Translations under genes and position numbers: made by a program
Origin: Octopus vulgaris
Taxonomy: Eukaryota
Assembly: GCA_951406725.2 (NCBI GenBank)
Contig: OX597839.1
Location: forward strand, 26,102,001 to 26,166,000
Direction: 5' to 3'
Length of the DNA: 64,000 bases
In this document: positions 23,593-35,432 of the stretch, piece by piece
Position numbering within the stretch: the stretch's first letter is position 1
Layout: the number at the start of each line of letters is the position of its first letter
The notes under the pieces: model-generated
Told to the model about the DNA's origin: nothing
The model's database searches: none
Seen by the model: the letters and a program-made list of their open reading frames with translations, nothing else

Positions 23593-24298
23593 CATATATA
23601 CGACGGGCTTCTTTCAGTTTCCATCTACCAAATCCACTCACAAGGCATTGGTCGGCCCAGGACTATAGCAGAAGACACTTGCCCAAGATGCCACGCAGTG
23701 GGACTGAACCCGGAACCATGTGGTTGGTTAGCAAGCTACTTAACACACAGCCACTCCTGCGCCTATATCTATATAATATAGAAACTTTCAATATATAAGA
23801 AATTGAGATCATAAAGAAAGAAACAAATTAATAAATATTTCCGAACGTGGCCGTAGCCAGTGCCGCATCGCCTGGCCTCCATGCTGGTGGCACGTAACAA
23901 ACACCATATGAATCGTGGCCGTGCCAGCCTGACCTGGCCTCCGTGATGGTGGCACGTAAAAAACACCATCCGAGCATGGCCGTTCGCCAGCCTCGCCTGG
24001 CCTCCGTGCCGGTGGCACGTAAAAAACACCATCCGAGCGTGGCCATTTGCCAGCCTCGTCTGGCACCTGTGCAGGTGGCACATAAAAAGCACCCACTACT
24101 ACACTCACGGAGTGGTTGGCGTTAGGAAGGGCATCCAGCTGTAGAAACATTTCCAGATCAGACTGGCCTGGTGCAGCCTTCGGGCTTCCCAGACCCCGGT
24201 TGAACCGTCCAACCCATGCTAGCATGGAAAGCGGACGTTAAACGACGATGATGATGATCAGGTACAGAAAACAAGATTAAAATATGAAATAAACTTAC

Positions 24299-24410
24299 TT
24301 TGTTTGATCAGGAGATGATCCACACAAAGTCCTAAGGGCACAGAAGCTTTTCCTGATGGAATGTATATTGGCAAGGTTCATGAACTGGATCTCACAATTT
24401 GGATAATATT
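24299..24410 (-). CDS. MTMR3: MTMR3/4-like coding exon G: (E)YYPNCEIQFMNLANIHSIRKSFCALRTLCGSSPDQT
   Basis: Not in the ORF track. CTTCCTCCAG| ... |GTAAGT; 112 nt, phase 1 to 2; YYPNCE..FM..ANIHSIR.SF motif. Confidence 0.95.
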
Positions 24411-24559
24411 CTGGAGGAAGAGAGAAAGGAAGACATAGAAAAAAGGGGGATTGAAGTGGGGGAAAATGAAACAGGATTGGTTTAGATAAGGGATGTCATA
24501 TAATAATATTGAGGAGACAACAGGGGGAGACTTGGACAAGGTCAGAAACAAACATTCTT

Positions 24560-25542
24560 GTTAGACTGTCCAGGAAAGACTGTCCGAATTTTCAAAAACA
24601 TTTTCTCAAATTCAATATAAGTGTTTTAGATGAAATTATATATATGCTTAATAATTGACGTGTACTCTTTGATAAATTTTTATTGATTTCTTTCAGAGTA
24701 TAATTCTGAAGCATAGAAATCCTTAATTTTAAACTGTAAAAAGAAGAAATGTGTTTGATAGATTGTGTGGTGGGGATAAGGGCCTGGAAAATTTAGGAGG
24801 TAGAGGATGTCCATCCATCCTTGACGATCAGCATTTGAAAATGATACAGCTTTCTGGAACCTAACCAGAGCATTACATCAGAAGTTTATGCAACTGGAAG
24901 AAGTACATGTTCGCTTGAGCAAAATGAGACCTGTTAATCAAAGTGGTCCAATTCTTCTCCATGACAATGCACGACCGTACGTTTCCAGGATGGGATACTA
25001 GACTTTACCACCTCCTCCATATTGTCGTGATCTTTCACCCACCGACTACCACTTTTTCAAGCATCTAGACCAGTGGTTTTCAACCAGGGTTCTGCGGAAC
25101 CTTAGGGTTCCACCAGTACAGTCCAGGGGTTCCGCAAGAATTTACAAAACTGCTAAAATCGGCAGTAATTTTCAATTCTCCTGTGCAGATATGTGTGCAT
25201 AAGACTATTAAATTATTGCACAGGGGTTCCTCGAGCCAGTGGAATGTTTCCTTGGGGTTCCGCTCTAGCAAAAAGTTTGAAAAGCACTGATCTAGACAGT
25301 TTTTTAAGGCTAAAAAAACCTTCCATTCTAAAACTAAGGTCGAAACTGAATTCAAGGACTTCTTGGCATCGAAACCTTTGGATTTTTATTGAAGAGGCAT
25401 AAAGGACCTTGTTAATTGATGTAAGAAATGCACAGATGTTCAGGGATCATATTTTGAATAATTAAACCTTTGTATACGTTCAGTTTTTCAAGAATATAGG
25501 CTTATTTCTAAAATTGGCCATTATTTCCCCGAACAACTTAAT
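24560..25542 (+). mobile_element. Decayed mariner element with Hsmar1-like transposase C-terminal remnants
   Basis: Translates ILLHDNARPY...PPPPYCRDLSPTDYHFFKHLD|SFL...EFKDFLASK..DFY*RGI..LV..C.KC..V.GSYFE with stops and frameshifts. Termini are approximate. Confidence 0.82.
25071..25289. mobile_element. hAT (Charlie-type) MITE, 219 bp, inserted in the mariner transposase
   Basis: Perfect 8-bp TSD ATCTAGAC (25063-25070, 25290-25297); TIRs CAGTGGTTTTCAAC / TTTGAAAAGCACTG. Confidence 0.9.
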
Positions 25543-26146
25543 AGTTATATTATCAATTTTGGTGGGATCTGGTCAGTTTAAATGCTTAAAAGGGTCAAGT
25601 GAGAAGGTATAAAATAGCAGCAGACAGAGAACATTTAGATAGAATATTACCGAAAACAATGAGAGATGGGTTGGACACTGTGAGGCTGATCTGATGTAGG
25701 AAACATCAGTCTTTTAGGATTGGAGATTCTGACACATTATCAACCTCATCACCTGATAAACAGGGTAAATTCACCTTAAGAGCAGTGGTTCTCAACTGGG
25801 ATCCATATGGCCCTTAAAAAAAAAAAAAGCCTACCCTCTCCATGCCACCAATCTCAAGCAAGAGGAAGGCCGATACAGCTTGGCACCAGTGACATCACAA
25901 CTCATTCCTACAGCTGTGTGAACAGGAGCAATGTAAAGTAAAGTGTATTGCTCGAGAACATAACACAAAGACCAGCCTAGGAATTGAACTCACAATCTCA
26001 TGATTGTGAGCCCGACGCTCTAACCACTGAGCCATGCAAGTTCACTTTGACAATTTTGACAGAGAGTGAATTTGATGTCTATTTTTAGGTCATTTACAGA
26101 TAAACAAAATAGAGGAGAGAGTTATTGAAGGGTCCGGTCAACATAC

Positions 26147-26269
26147 CTGCACATTCACAGCCACCACCCTTCGCTCGGTTGGCAATAGCTGCACTGTACG
26201 ATCTAGCATCGATAATCAACATACCAAGAGCATTGGTGGAATTCTCTCTTATACCCATTGTCATCTCAT
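26147..26269 (-). CDS. MTMR3: MTMR3/4-like coding exon F: (D)EMTMG...LIIDARSYSAAIANRAKGGGCECA
   Basis: TATTTCAG| ... |GTATGT; 123 nt, phase 1 to 1; DARSY.AA.ANRAKGGGCEC motif typical of MTMR3/4. Preceded by a 155-nt intron. Confidence 0.95.
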
Positions 26270-26424
26270 CTGAAATATAAAGAATGGAAAGAAAAGCACG
26301 TGAAGATTGATGATACGGAAATGCAAGACGTGTGTCATGGGAGAATTCCAAAACAATTTCCAAAACTGCATTATGGAAAATAACAAAAAAAAAAAAAAAA
26401 AAAGTGAAAACCGTGGAAACTGAC

Positions 26425-26612
26425 CTTTGTCAATGCCTTCTGTGCTTTCAGTAATGTCTGCTTGGGATTGAAACTTACTGTTGGTGCCTGGGTTTCGTGC
26501 ACAAGCCATGGCAATGGCTTGCAGTAAATTTTCATCTTCTGTTTTTCTCCAGCCGAGCCAGCCAATTTCCGGTTGACTGCTTCGTGAAATAACTGCCCCA
26601 CTGCGTTGATCT
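26425..26612 (-). CDS. MTMR3: MTMR3/4-like coding exon E: DQRSGAVISRSSQPEIGWLGWRKTEDENLL...GIDK
   Basis: GTGTGCAG| ... |GTCAGT; 188 nt, phase 2 to 1; R.SQP...W.GWR..EDE.L motif. Confidence 0.92.
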
Positions 26613-26769
26613 CTGCACACAAGGGGAAAACAACAGCATGTCATAATGGTTGCATTGGTTTAAAGTAATTATTTATCAGGATTTTGCAGACTAAATATAT
26701 AATGCCAAAAGTGTAAGTTCTAATGGCCACAGTAAATTCTGGTTTTGCTGACAAGCAGAATGATCTTCC

Positions 26770-27230
26770 CAAGAGTCCAGAAGTTGGCTACCCGCATGGT
26801 TCTTGGTCTCAAGAATTTGTCTTATGAAGAAAGGCTGAAGACGCTCGACCTTTATTCTCTAGAAAAACGACGACGCCGTGGTGATCTCATTCTTGCTCAC
26901 AACATCATAAGTGGAAAGTGTAACCTCTCGAAGGAGCTGTTCTTCACTCCTGCTCCAGAGCGTCGGCTGCGGGGTCATTCCGAAAAGCTCTATCTGCGAC
27001 AATTTCATCTCAATCGAAGGAGAGGGGCTTTCTCCGTCCGGGTTGCGGATCCGTGGAATAAGCTGCCGGACGAGATGGTGAAGATGCCGACGACCGCTCG
27101 GTTCAAAGTCTCCCTTAACCACAAGTGGCCTGAACTCTTTACATGAACACCACCCTGTACATAACTTCATGTCCCCCTACATGGCCTTGCTTTTGCTTTT
27201 TGAGCCAAAAACTTAACTAACTAACTAAAC
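26770..27230 (+). mobile_element. CR1-like LINE 3' end with (CTAA)n tail
   Basis: RVQ..ATRMV.GL..LSYEERL..L.L.SLE.RR.RGDLI...RGH..KL...FS.RV...WN.LP motif, stop at 27146, short 3' UTR, then TAACTAACTAAC. Confidence 0.9.
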
Positions 27231-28368
27231 TGTAGTTTTAATCTAGTTTTTTTCTGAAAATTCATTTTTGCAAGATAGAAAGTTCGTTTTATTCTAGGAT
27301 GGAAGTGGATTCCAGCCTTTCAGCCTCAAAGTCAAATTGTCATCTTGACTGGATCTAACATGGCTGTCCTGGTCACATGACAATAGAAATTTATTTTACT
27401 TTTGTGAATCCTATTTATTGGCTTAAGGGAACATAAAAGTACCTAAGTCGTGGTAGCACAGATTTATTATAATTTTTCAGTTTTTGTCTCCTTTACAAAT
27501 TCTTGAATAGCAAAGAGGAAGGCTTGGATTCTAGATCTCAGGTATCAGTGGCAGCATCCCCACTCCCCATCACTTAACATCCATGTTCCATGCTGGGATG
27601 TTTGTCTATTTCGACATGATTTCTACGGCTGGATGCCCTTCCTAATGCCAACCACTTTACAGAAATGTACTGGGTGCTTACTACATGGCACCATTACAAT
27701 TTCCTTCTATTGTGAAATAGGTGTTTGGAAGAAAATATTAAAGATTTTTGAATAACAAAGAGGAAGGTTTGGGTCCCAGATCTCAGGCGTTAGTGGCAGC
27801 ATCTCCCTTTTTCCTCCTCCTCATCATTTAACACCCATGTCCCATGCTAGCATATGTTGGATTGACATGATCCAATGTCCTAAGTACATTGGGCTCCAAT
27901 GTCCTGTTCTGGTATGGGTTTATGGCTGGATGCCCTTCCTAACACCAACCACTTTGTGTATACCAGATGCATTTTTTTTCTTCCCTTTTTGGTGTTCCTG
28001 GCATCTAAAGGGTCGAATGTATGTAATGAAGTCTGCAGAGATAAAAACATTCACACCTGTCTAGGACAGGAGAGAGACAACAACCCCCAGAGTGTGTCAA
28101 GGTGGGGTGGCAGAGGCGGTGAGCTAGCAGAGATGTTAGCATGCTGGGCAAAATGCTTAGTGGTATTTCATTTGCTGCTACATTCTGAGTTCAAATTCCA
28201 CCGAGGTCGACTTTGCCTTTCATCCTTTCGGGGTTGATAAATTAAGTACCAGTTACGCACTGGGGTCAATGTAATCTACTTAATCCCTTTGTCTGTCCTT
28301 GTTTGTTCCCTTTATGTTTAGCCCCCTTGTGGGCAATAAAGAAATAAGAATGTGTCAAACTATCTTAC

Positions 28369-28482
28369 CTCCAAACCACAGATGGAATCCTTCGCATGGA
28401 TCGGAAACTTGCAACATTTTTCAATTCTTCATCCGTGATAATAGCAGGAACGATGTGGACTTCAGGATATGAAGGGCAAATC
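28369..28482 (-). CDS. MTMR3: MTMR3/4-like coding exon D: (E)ICPSYPEVHIVPAIITDEELKNVASFRSMRRIPSVVW(R)
   Basis: TTTGCCCAG| ... |GTAAGA; 114 nt, phase 2 to 2; C.SYP...VP and FRS..RIP motifs. Confidence 0.95.
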
Positions 28483-28894
28483 CTGGGCAAAGAAAAACAC
28501 AAGTAAAGAACAACCCAAAACACAGAAACATCATTAGAAAATACTAATTGCTTGGACATATATCATTGCAGATGCTTTGATTAATAATTAAAATTAATTA
28601 ATAATTAGTAATATGGTGGTGAGGTGGCAGAATTGTTAGCATGGCAGGCAAAATGCTTAGTGGCATTTCATCTGTCTATGTTCTGAGTTCAAATGCTGCC
28701 AAAGGTGACTCTGACTTTCATCTTTTGGGGTCAATAAAATAAGTACCATTTGAGCACTGGGGGGTTGATGTAATCAATTTTTCCCCTCCCCTCCCCTAAA
28801 ATTGCTGTCCTTGTACCAGAATTTGAAATCGAACTGACCAAAGCCTTGTGAGTGGATTTGATAGATGGAAACTAAAAGAAGCCCATCATGCATA

Positions 28895-28896
28895 TG

Positions 28897-28927
<31 letters not shown>

Positions 28928-29497
28928 GTGTGTGTATGTGTGTATGTATGTATGCATGTATGTATGATGTATGTATGATGTATGTATGTATGTATGTATA
29001 TAAGTATGTATGTATGTATGTATGTATATAAGTATGTATGTATGTATGTATGTATGTATGTATGTATGTATGGTAGATTCTCCTGTCGTGAACAACAAAT
29101 GAGGGTTCAGTAAAATAAAGCGGTAATCTTATTCTATGGACACGAATGTGTCTCTTGAGGCCTCTTGGTGCCCTTGCAACCCTTTCGGCAATTGGAACAA
29201 GTTGAGGACTCAGTTTGCTTGGGTGCTCGTGGATCATTTCTCAATTGTTTTCTTGAGTGGACAGCAAGGCCCTGCTTTGCTTTGTGCCACAAAACCACAC
29301 AATGTCAGGTAAGGTCTCCATTTAGAGGAGCAGTGTTTTGCCAGCGTGCCTTCATGCTTGCACAAAGTTGGTCCTGATGTTGGATTTGTTCTTGCTCAAA
29401 TCTTTGAACTGAGAAGCAGGAGTGGTACCAGGTCCCGTATTCTGATGCTCTGTTTTCCCAGGAAGAAAAGGGAATGTTGCATCACTTCAGACCGTAA
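28895..29497 (-). mobile_element. Decayed RTE-clade LINE 3' end with C-terminal zinc-finger remnants and (CATA)n tail
   Basis: The minus strand gives LK*CNI...WE.RA....W...C...V.RFE ... CSNCRKGCK / GLKRHIRVH with stops and a frameshift, then a short UTR and a long (TACA)n tract. Confidence 0.72.
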
Positions 29498-30924
29498 TAT
29501 CATCATCATCATCTATTTCTTTACTACCCACAAGGGGCTAAACACAGAGGGGACAAAGAAGAACAGACAAACGGATTAAATCGATTATCGATTATATCGA
29601 CCCCACTACGTAACTGGTACTTAATTTATCGACCCCGAAAGGATGAAAGGCAAAGTCGACCTCGGCGGAATTTGAACTCAGAACGTAACGGCAGACGAAT
29701 TACCGGTAAGCACTTCGCCCAGCGTGCTAACGATTCTGCCAGCTCGCCGCCTTTTCATCATCATCATCGTTTAACTTCTACTTTCTATGCTGGCATGGGT
29801 TGGACGTTTTGACTGAGGACTGGAAAGCCAGGAGGCTGCACCAGGCTCCTATCTGAGCTGGCAATATTTCTACAGCTGGATACCCTTCCTAACGCTAACC
29901 ACTCTGAGAGTGTAGTGGAGGCTTTTTATGTGCCATTGGCATGGGAGCTAGTCAGGCAGCACTGGCATTGACCATGCTTGAATGGTGCTTGTTATGTGCC
30001 ACCAGCACATAGATGTGTGTGTGTGTGTGTGTGCTAGTAATGAACAGTGAGAATAAGTGCAAATATTCTTTATTTGTGGATTAAGAAGGCAACCAATGGT
30101 TTCATGTGGAGATCTCCACAATTGTTTTTTTTTTCCATGGTTAGTTTTGATTCTATGTTTGTGTTAGTTTGCTTACACTCTTGTAACTTAGTGGTTTGGC
30201 AAAAGGACTGATATAATAAGCACCAGACCTAAAAAGTAAGTATTGGGGGGAGTCGATCTGTTTGACTAAACCCTTCAAGACAATGCCCCAGCATGGCTGC
30301 AGCCCAATGACTAATCTTTACAGAGGCATTGTAGGGTAGGTGTGAGAGGCCAGATCTGGCCAGTTTTAATGTAAAATAGGTAGAATGTTTGAGCTAGATA
30401 TGGCCAGTTTAAATGGTAGAGGGTTAACGATGGAACAGTGTGATTTGAGGATTTGGTTGTTGTTTCTAGTTGCAGAACAACCATGTGACAGTTTCTCCCT
30501 GGGCTTCCTTTGCAGAAGTCAAGTTAGTTACACACACATATCACATCACATTTTCATGATATAATTTATTATTTGAACCCTACAACACATCAAACACCAC
30601 CATTAAACCTAGAGAATATCCAAAAATTAAATCAGTTCTTCATTCTGAACCTACTTCATATAAGTTTGTTGTGATTCAAATCAGGATGTCTGAGGAAGTG
30701 CATATGTTGCATAACTTTGTATGTAATACAGAATAAATAACATTCATTTATGGAAACGTTTGTAACATTGATTCGACTTTTCGTTTCCCCAATTATACGT
30801 ATTTTTCTGCAATGGTTTTTGTTAAGCAGTGTTGGTTTTTACAATTCTTTACATATTAGTATTTTATAAGCTTAAAGCTTGTAACTGATCACTGTGCAAT
30901 GACTAAAGAAAATAGTCTACTAAT

Positions 30925-31089
30925 GGAGTGGCTGTGTGGTAAGTAGCTTGCTAACCAACCACATGGTTCCGGGTTCAGTCCCACTGCGTGGCATCTTGGG
31001 CAAGTGTCTTCTGCTATAGCCCCGGGCCGACCAATGCCTTGTGAGTGGATTTGGTAGACGGAAACTGAAAGAAGCCTGTCGTATTTATG

Positions 31090-31120
<31 letters not shown>

Positions 31121-31320
31121 TTGTGTGTCTGTGTTTGTCCCCCTAGCATTGCTTGACAACCGATGCTGGTGTGTTTACGTCCCTGTCACTTAGCGGTTCG
31201 GCAAAAGAGACCGATAGAATAAGTACTGGGCTTACAAAGAATAAGTCCCGGGGTCGATTTGCTCGACTAAAGGCGGTGCTCCAGCATGGCCGCAGTCAAA
31301 TGACTGAAACAAGTAAAAGA
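30925..31320 (+). mobile_element. tRNA-derived SINE family B (A box TGGCTGTGTGG, B box GGTTCAGTCCC, CORE-like TTGGGCAAGT, internal microsatellite)
   Basis: Flanked by the 13-bp direct repeat AGTCTACTAATGG (30914-30926, 31320-31332). Many other copies, e.g. 23370-23765, 36348-36712, 46672-47078, 49267-49655, 58185-58560, 61282-61710. Confidence 0.9.
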
Positions 31321-31478
31321 GTCTACTAATGGGGCATATAAGCCCTCCATGGAAAAAAGTAGGTTTTCCTGTACACGTGGGGCTTGAACCCACATATCTT
31401 TGTTTCCATGACAAGTGTGCTATCCAATTTCACCAGTGTACAACAATTATATGTATACTGTATCTAAACTCCACTTAC

Positions 31479-31575
31479 TCATAATCTTCGTTGATGTAAG
31501 ATATCCTCCATGCTGACTTCAAATCAAAATTCATCCGTTTCACCTCTTTACCAAATCGCAGTTGATAACTTTCCA
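31479..31575 (-). CDS. MTMR3: MTMR3/4-like coding exon C: (V)ESYQLRFGKEVKRMNFDLKSAWRISYINEDY
   Basis: Not in the ORF track; found by reading. TATTTTCAG| ... |GTAAGT; 97 nt, phase 1 to 2; myotubularin WRIS.IN..Y motif. Confidence 0.93.
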
Positions 31576-32491
31576 CTGAAAATAGATAAACAAAATTACA
31601 ACCAACAGCAAATTTATTTTCAATACCCACTGCCAGCACCAATGGGGGAAGATCTGTGCTATCACAGCTTACAACCTGATCTCAACTTTTTCTCAAGGGG
31701 TAGAGTGGTGGGGGGGCACTTCTTGGCCAGATTTTCAGGTAATTCTTTCTATGTCTCACCTGGCTACCTGAGAAATCCCCAACAACCACTACCACAAACA
31801 GAACCTTTTCACTTATGCATTGTCCACGACACGTCCCTGTATGATTATTACACCATTAACCCCTATCGCTATCGACCCACCTGAGATTGTCCCTAGTTCC
31901 AGGATAGAAATTCAGTGTTTTAAAAAGATCTAAATTAAAACTTTCCATCAAAATTTCATGCTGACAAATGTTTCAAACATCAGTTTAATAAAGTTTGTCA
32001 TCATCATTTAGCGTCCGTTGTCCATGCTGTCATGGGTTGAAAGATTTGACCAGGGCTGGTAAAGCTGAGGAGCTGCACCAGACTCCAGTCTGATTTGGCA
32101 TGGTTTTCTATGGCCTGATGTCCTTCCTAATGCCAACCACTCCTAGAGTGCAATGGGTGCTTTTACGAGCCACCGGCATGGGTGCCATCTGTGTGACACC
32201 AGTATTTGCCCCGACATGGGTCTATTCTGGTTCTCGGCACTTACAATTCAAACCTCACAGAGGTCAGCTCTGGCTTTTATTCCTTCAGGGTCGATAAAAT
32301 ACCAATCCTGTACTGTGATTGAGTTTTTCTCTAAATCTGTTTTTTTGGGGTCTGTTGCTTTCTCACCTTCAGGAAGGAATCAACTGCAGTCAGGCCTGGA
32401 AATGGGTGGGCTTTGCCAAACCTAAAATGCCCAAGACACTCTACATATGTCCCAACACTGCTCCTATTACTCCACAAAGACATTAAGGACT

Positions 32492-33013
32492 TGTAGTGAC
32501 GTCATGTTCCAGTGTGCGCACACGCAACATAATTCTTCAGTGTGCGTGTGCGGAGCGTCCTTCTTCAGTGTGCGTGTGCAGGGTTGGAACCTTCTGGAAA
32601 GGCATAAGGAAGTTCCCTCATGCACATGCGCTAGAGACTGAAGAATAAATTCTATCGCGTTCCTTAATAGCATCGTTGACTTGAGACACGGCGATAGAAG
32701 AGAAAGGACGTATTTATAAACCTGTGATCAGCCTATTCTCCTGTCCCAGACGCTTAGGATTTAACCTGTTCTATTAATGCTGAATTGTTGTAAGAAGCTT
32801 ACAAACGTTAGAATTCAGCCTTGCTGTGTCGAACTAGGTGGATACCAGCATACCATCGTGCTTCATTTGTGAATAAGAGAATAAAGAATCGTATATATTT
32901 TTAAAGTTGCGTTTCGTTCCTGACTGGTAGTTTCTAGAAACAAAAAGAAAGGAAATTGTGTTGCACCCAAGTTGCACCCCAAAAGTGTAAAGAAGCAACC
33001 AGTTCCCTTTACA
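32492..33013 (+). mobile_element. Solo LTR, 522 bp, probably Ty3/Gypsy type
   Basis: TGTA...TACA termini, 4-bp TSD GACT (32488-32491, 33014-33017), TATA-like TATTTATAAA (32711-32720), AATAAA (32880-32885). Confidence 0.78.
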
Positions 33014-33849
33014 GACTCATAACATGGCAGGATATATCTTTATTCGCCTCAAGGGCAAATAATAATTATGTTTTAAAAAAGATTAACTTGACAGATGTCA
33101 ACTTTGAAAGAGGTGTTTTTTTTTTTAAATAGTACAGGACAACAGCATTAACAGATAGAATAAGTATATAGAACAGTCACAAAAATTAGGGTCCAAAGGC
33201 AAAAAACACATTCAAGCCTCTCCATGAAAATTCTAAAAATAATATTCGTGGATTACCTAATTATAGAAGCAAATTCGTATTTGGAATATTGATTAAATGT
33301 TAGGATAATAAGGTCGCTGGTGAAATACTTATTGAACCATCAACATATGACTAAGTACTTTTAACGGAGAAAACGATGAGTAGATGTCATCATGTGTATT
33401 AGAATACAAAAGATGAGCCACATGTGTGTGTGTGTGTGTATACATGTATATGTGTGTGTTTGTGTGTGTCTGTCTATGTGTGTGTCTATGTGTGAGTATG
33501 TGTGTGTCTGTATGTGTGTATGTATGTGTGAGAATGTGTATGTGTGAATATGTGTGTGTGTGTGTGTGTGTGAATGAATATATATATATATTTCTTTACT
33601 ACCCACAAGGGGCTAAACACAGAGGGGACCAACAAGGACAGACAAAGGGATTAAGTCGATTACATCGACCCCAGTGCGTAACTGGTACTTAATTTATCGA
33701 CCCCGAAAGGATGTAAGGCAAAGTCGACCTCGGCTGAATTTGAACTCAGAACGTAACGACAGACGAAATACGGCTACGCATTTCGTCCAGCGCGCTAACG
33801 TTTCTGCCAGCTCTCCGCCTTAAATGAATATATATATAAGTGACAGTGA

Positions 33850-33891
<42 letters not shown>

Positions 33892-35253
33892 TTATATATA
33901 TAAAAGTGACAGTAGCAGTGTTTTGTAATGAATAATAATTAGGAGATCCACCTTAAAGTGGATGTTGTTTAGATCGTCTTAAAACTGTTGTCAACAGCCA
34001 GAGATGTCATCCTTTGCTCATGACACATGCTAATTAAGCACCAACTATGTTGGCTGACAAAAAGAACCCGCTGGCTTTTCACGACATCACTGACTGACCA
34101 TTATTATCTATCGGTTTGAATGATTTTCCCAATGCAATCAGTCAATTAGTGTTAGGGGAGGCGACAGGCTACAGAAATCACCCCTTAAACTGTGAGATGT
34201 GAGTAAGACATTGTCCTTCGACCAAACTAGAAAGGCAGCTGTAATTTTGAGGGAAAAACTGACTGGAATTAAGATAATCTGTGAAGATTTGTCTCATTCA
34301 TGCCATCATGGAAAACAGATGTAATGATTGTGATCTTGATGATGATGATTGAAAACTAGGTATTGTACACCTGTTCAATCCCTGTTAGCATGGCGAAACA
34401 GGCGTTGAAGTGATGGTGGTTGAAAACTAGGTATTGTACACCTGTTCAATCCCTGTTAGCACAACGAAACAGATTCATTTATTCTTTTATTTGTTTCAGT
34501 CATTTGACAGTGGCCATGCTGGAGCACCGCCTTTAGTCAAACAAATCAATCCCAGAACTCATTCTCTGTAAGCCTAGTACTTATTCTATCTGTCTCTTTG
34601 CCGAGCCGCTAAGTTACAGGCCCATAAATACACCAGCATTGGTTGTCAAGTGATGTTGGGTGGACAAACACAGACACACAAACATACACACACACACACA
34701 TATATACAATGGGCTTCTTTCAGTTTCCATCTACCAAATCCACTCATAAAGCTTTGGTCTGCTCGAGGCTATAGTAGAAGACACCTGCCCAAGGAGCCAC
34801 GCAGTGGGACTGAACCTGGAACCATGTGGTTAGCAAGGAAACATCTTACCACACAGCCATGCCAGTGCCAGATGTTGAAGTGATGGAGATTGAAAAATAG
34901 GTATTGCAGACCTGTTCAATCCCTGTTAGCATGACGAAACAGCTGTTGAAGCGATGATGATCATAAGAATTATAATTGACAACGAAGACAATGACTACAT
35001 TTGGAAAAGGTGTTACAAGGTGGGCTAAGAGTGGTTTTTACCTGGAAAACAGATGTAATGATTGAAAACTAGGTATTGTACACCTGTTTAATCCCTGTTA
35101 GCATAACGAAACAGATTCATTTATTCTTTTATTTGTTTCAGTCATTTGACAGTGGCCATGCTAGAGCACCGCCTTTAGTCAAAGAAATCAATCCCAGAAC
35201 TTATGACTACATTTGGAAAAGGTGTTACAAGGTGGGCTAAGAGTGGTTTTTAC

Positions 35254-35432
35254 CTGGAGAATTTTGCACGCATAGCTGATAGCAGGAGGAGTTCTGTTCC
35301 CTGTTGCAGTGATCCACACACCAAGCATGGAATGCAAACGCAAAAAGATCTTCCATTCGTGTGGGGGCTGTGATGACTGCATTGAGGCGCTTAAACCAAT
35401 CCTGGCACAATTCATTTGTGGCAAACGAACAC
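35254..35432 (-). CDS. MTMR3: MTMR3/4-like coding exon B: (K)CSFATNELCQDWFKRL...DLFAFAFHAWC...QNSP
   Basis: TTTTGTAG| ... |GTAAAA; 179 nt, phase 2 to 1; CQ.W.KRL and DLFAFA.HAW motifs of MTMR3/4. Confidence 0.93.

Noticed and set aside
23541-23798. Recurrent small ORFs such as MLGGQTQTH...RRHLPKMPRSGTEPGTMWLVSKLL and LDALPNANHSVSVVGAFY
   Set aside because: These are translations of SINE families A and B, not a gene family.
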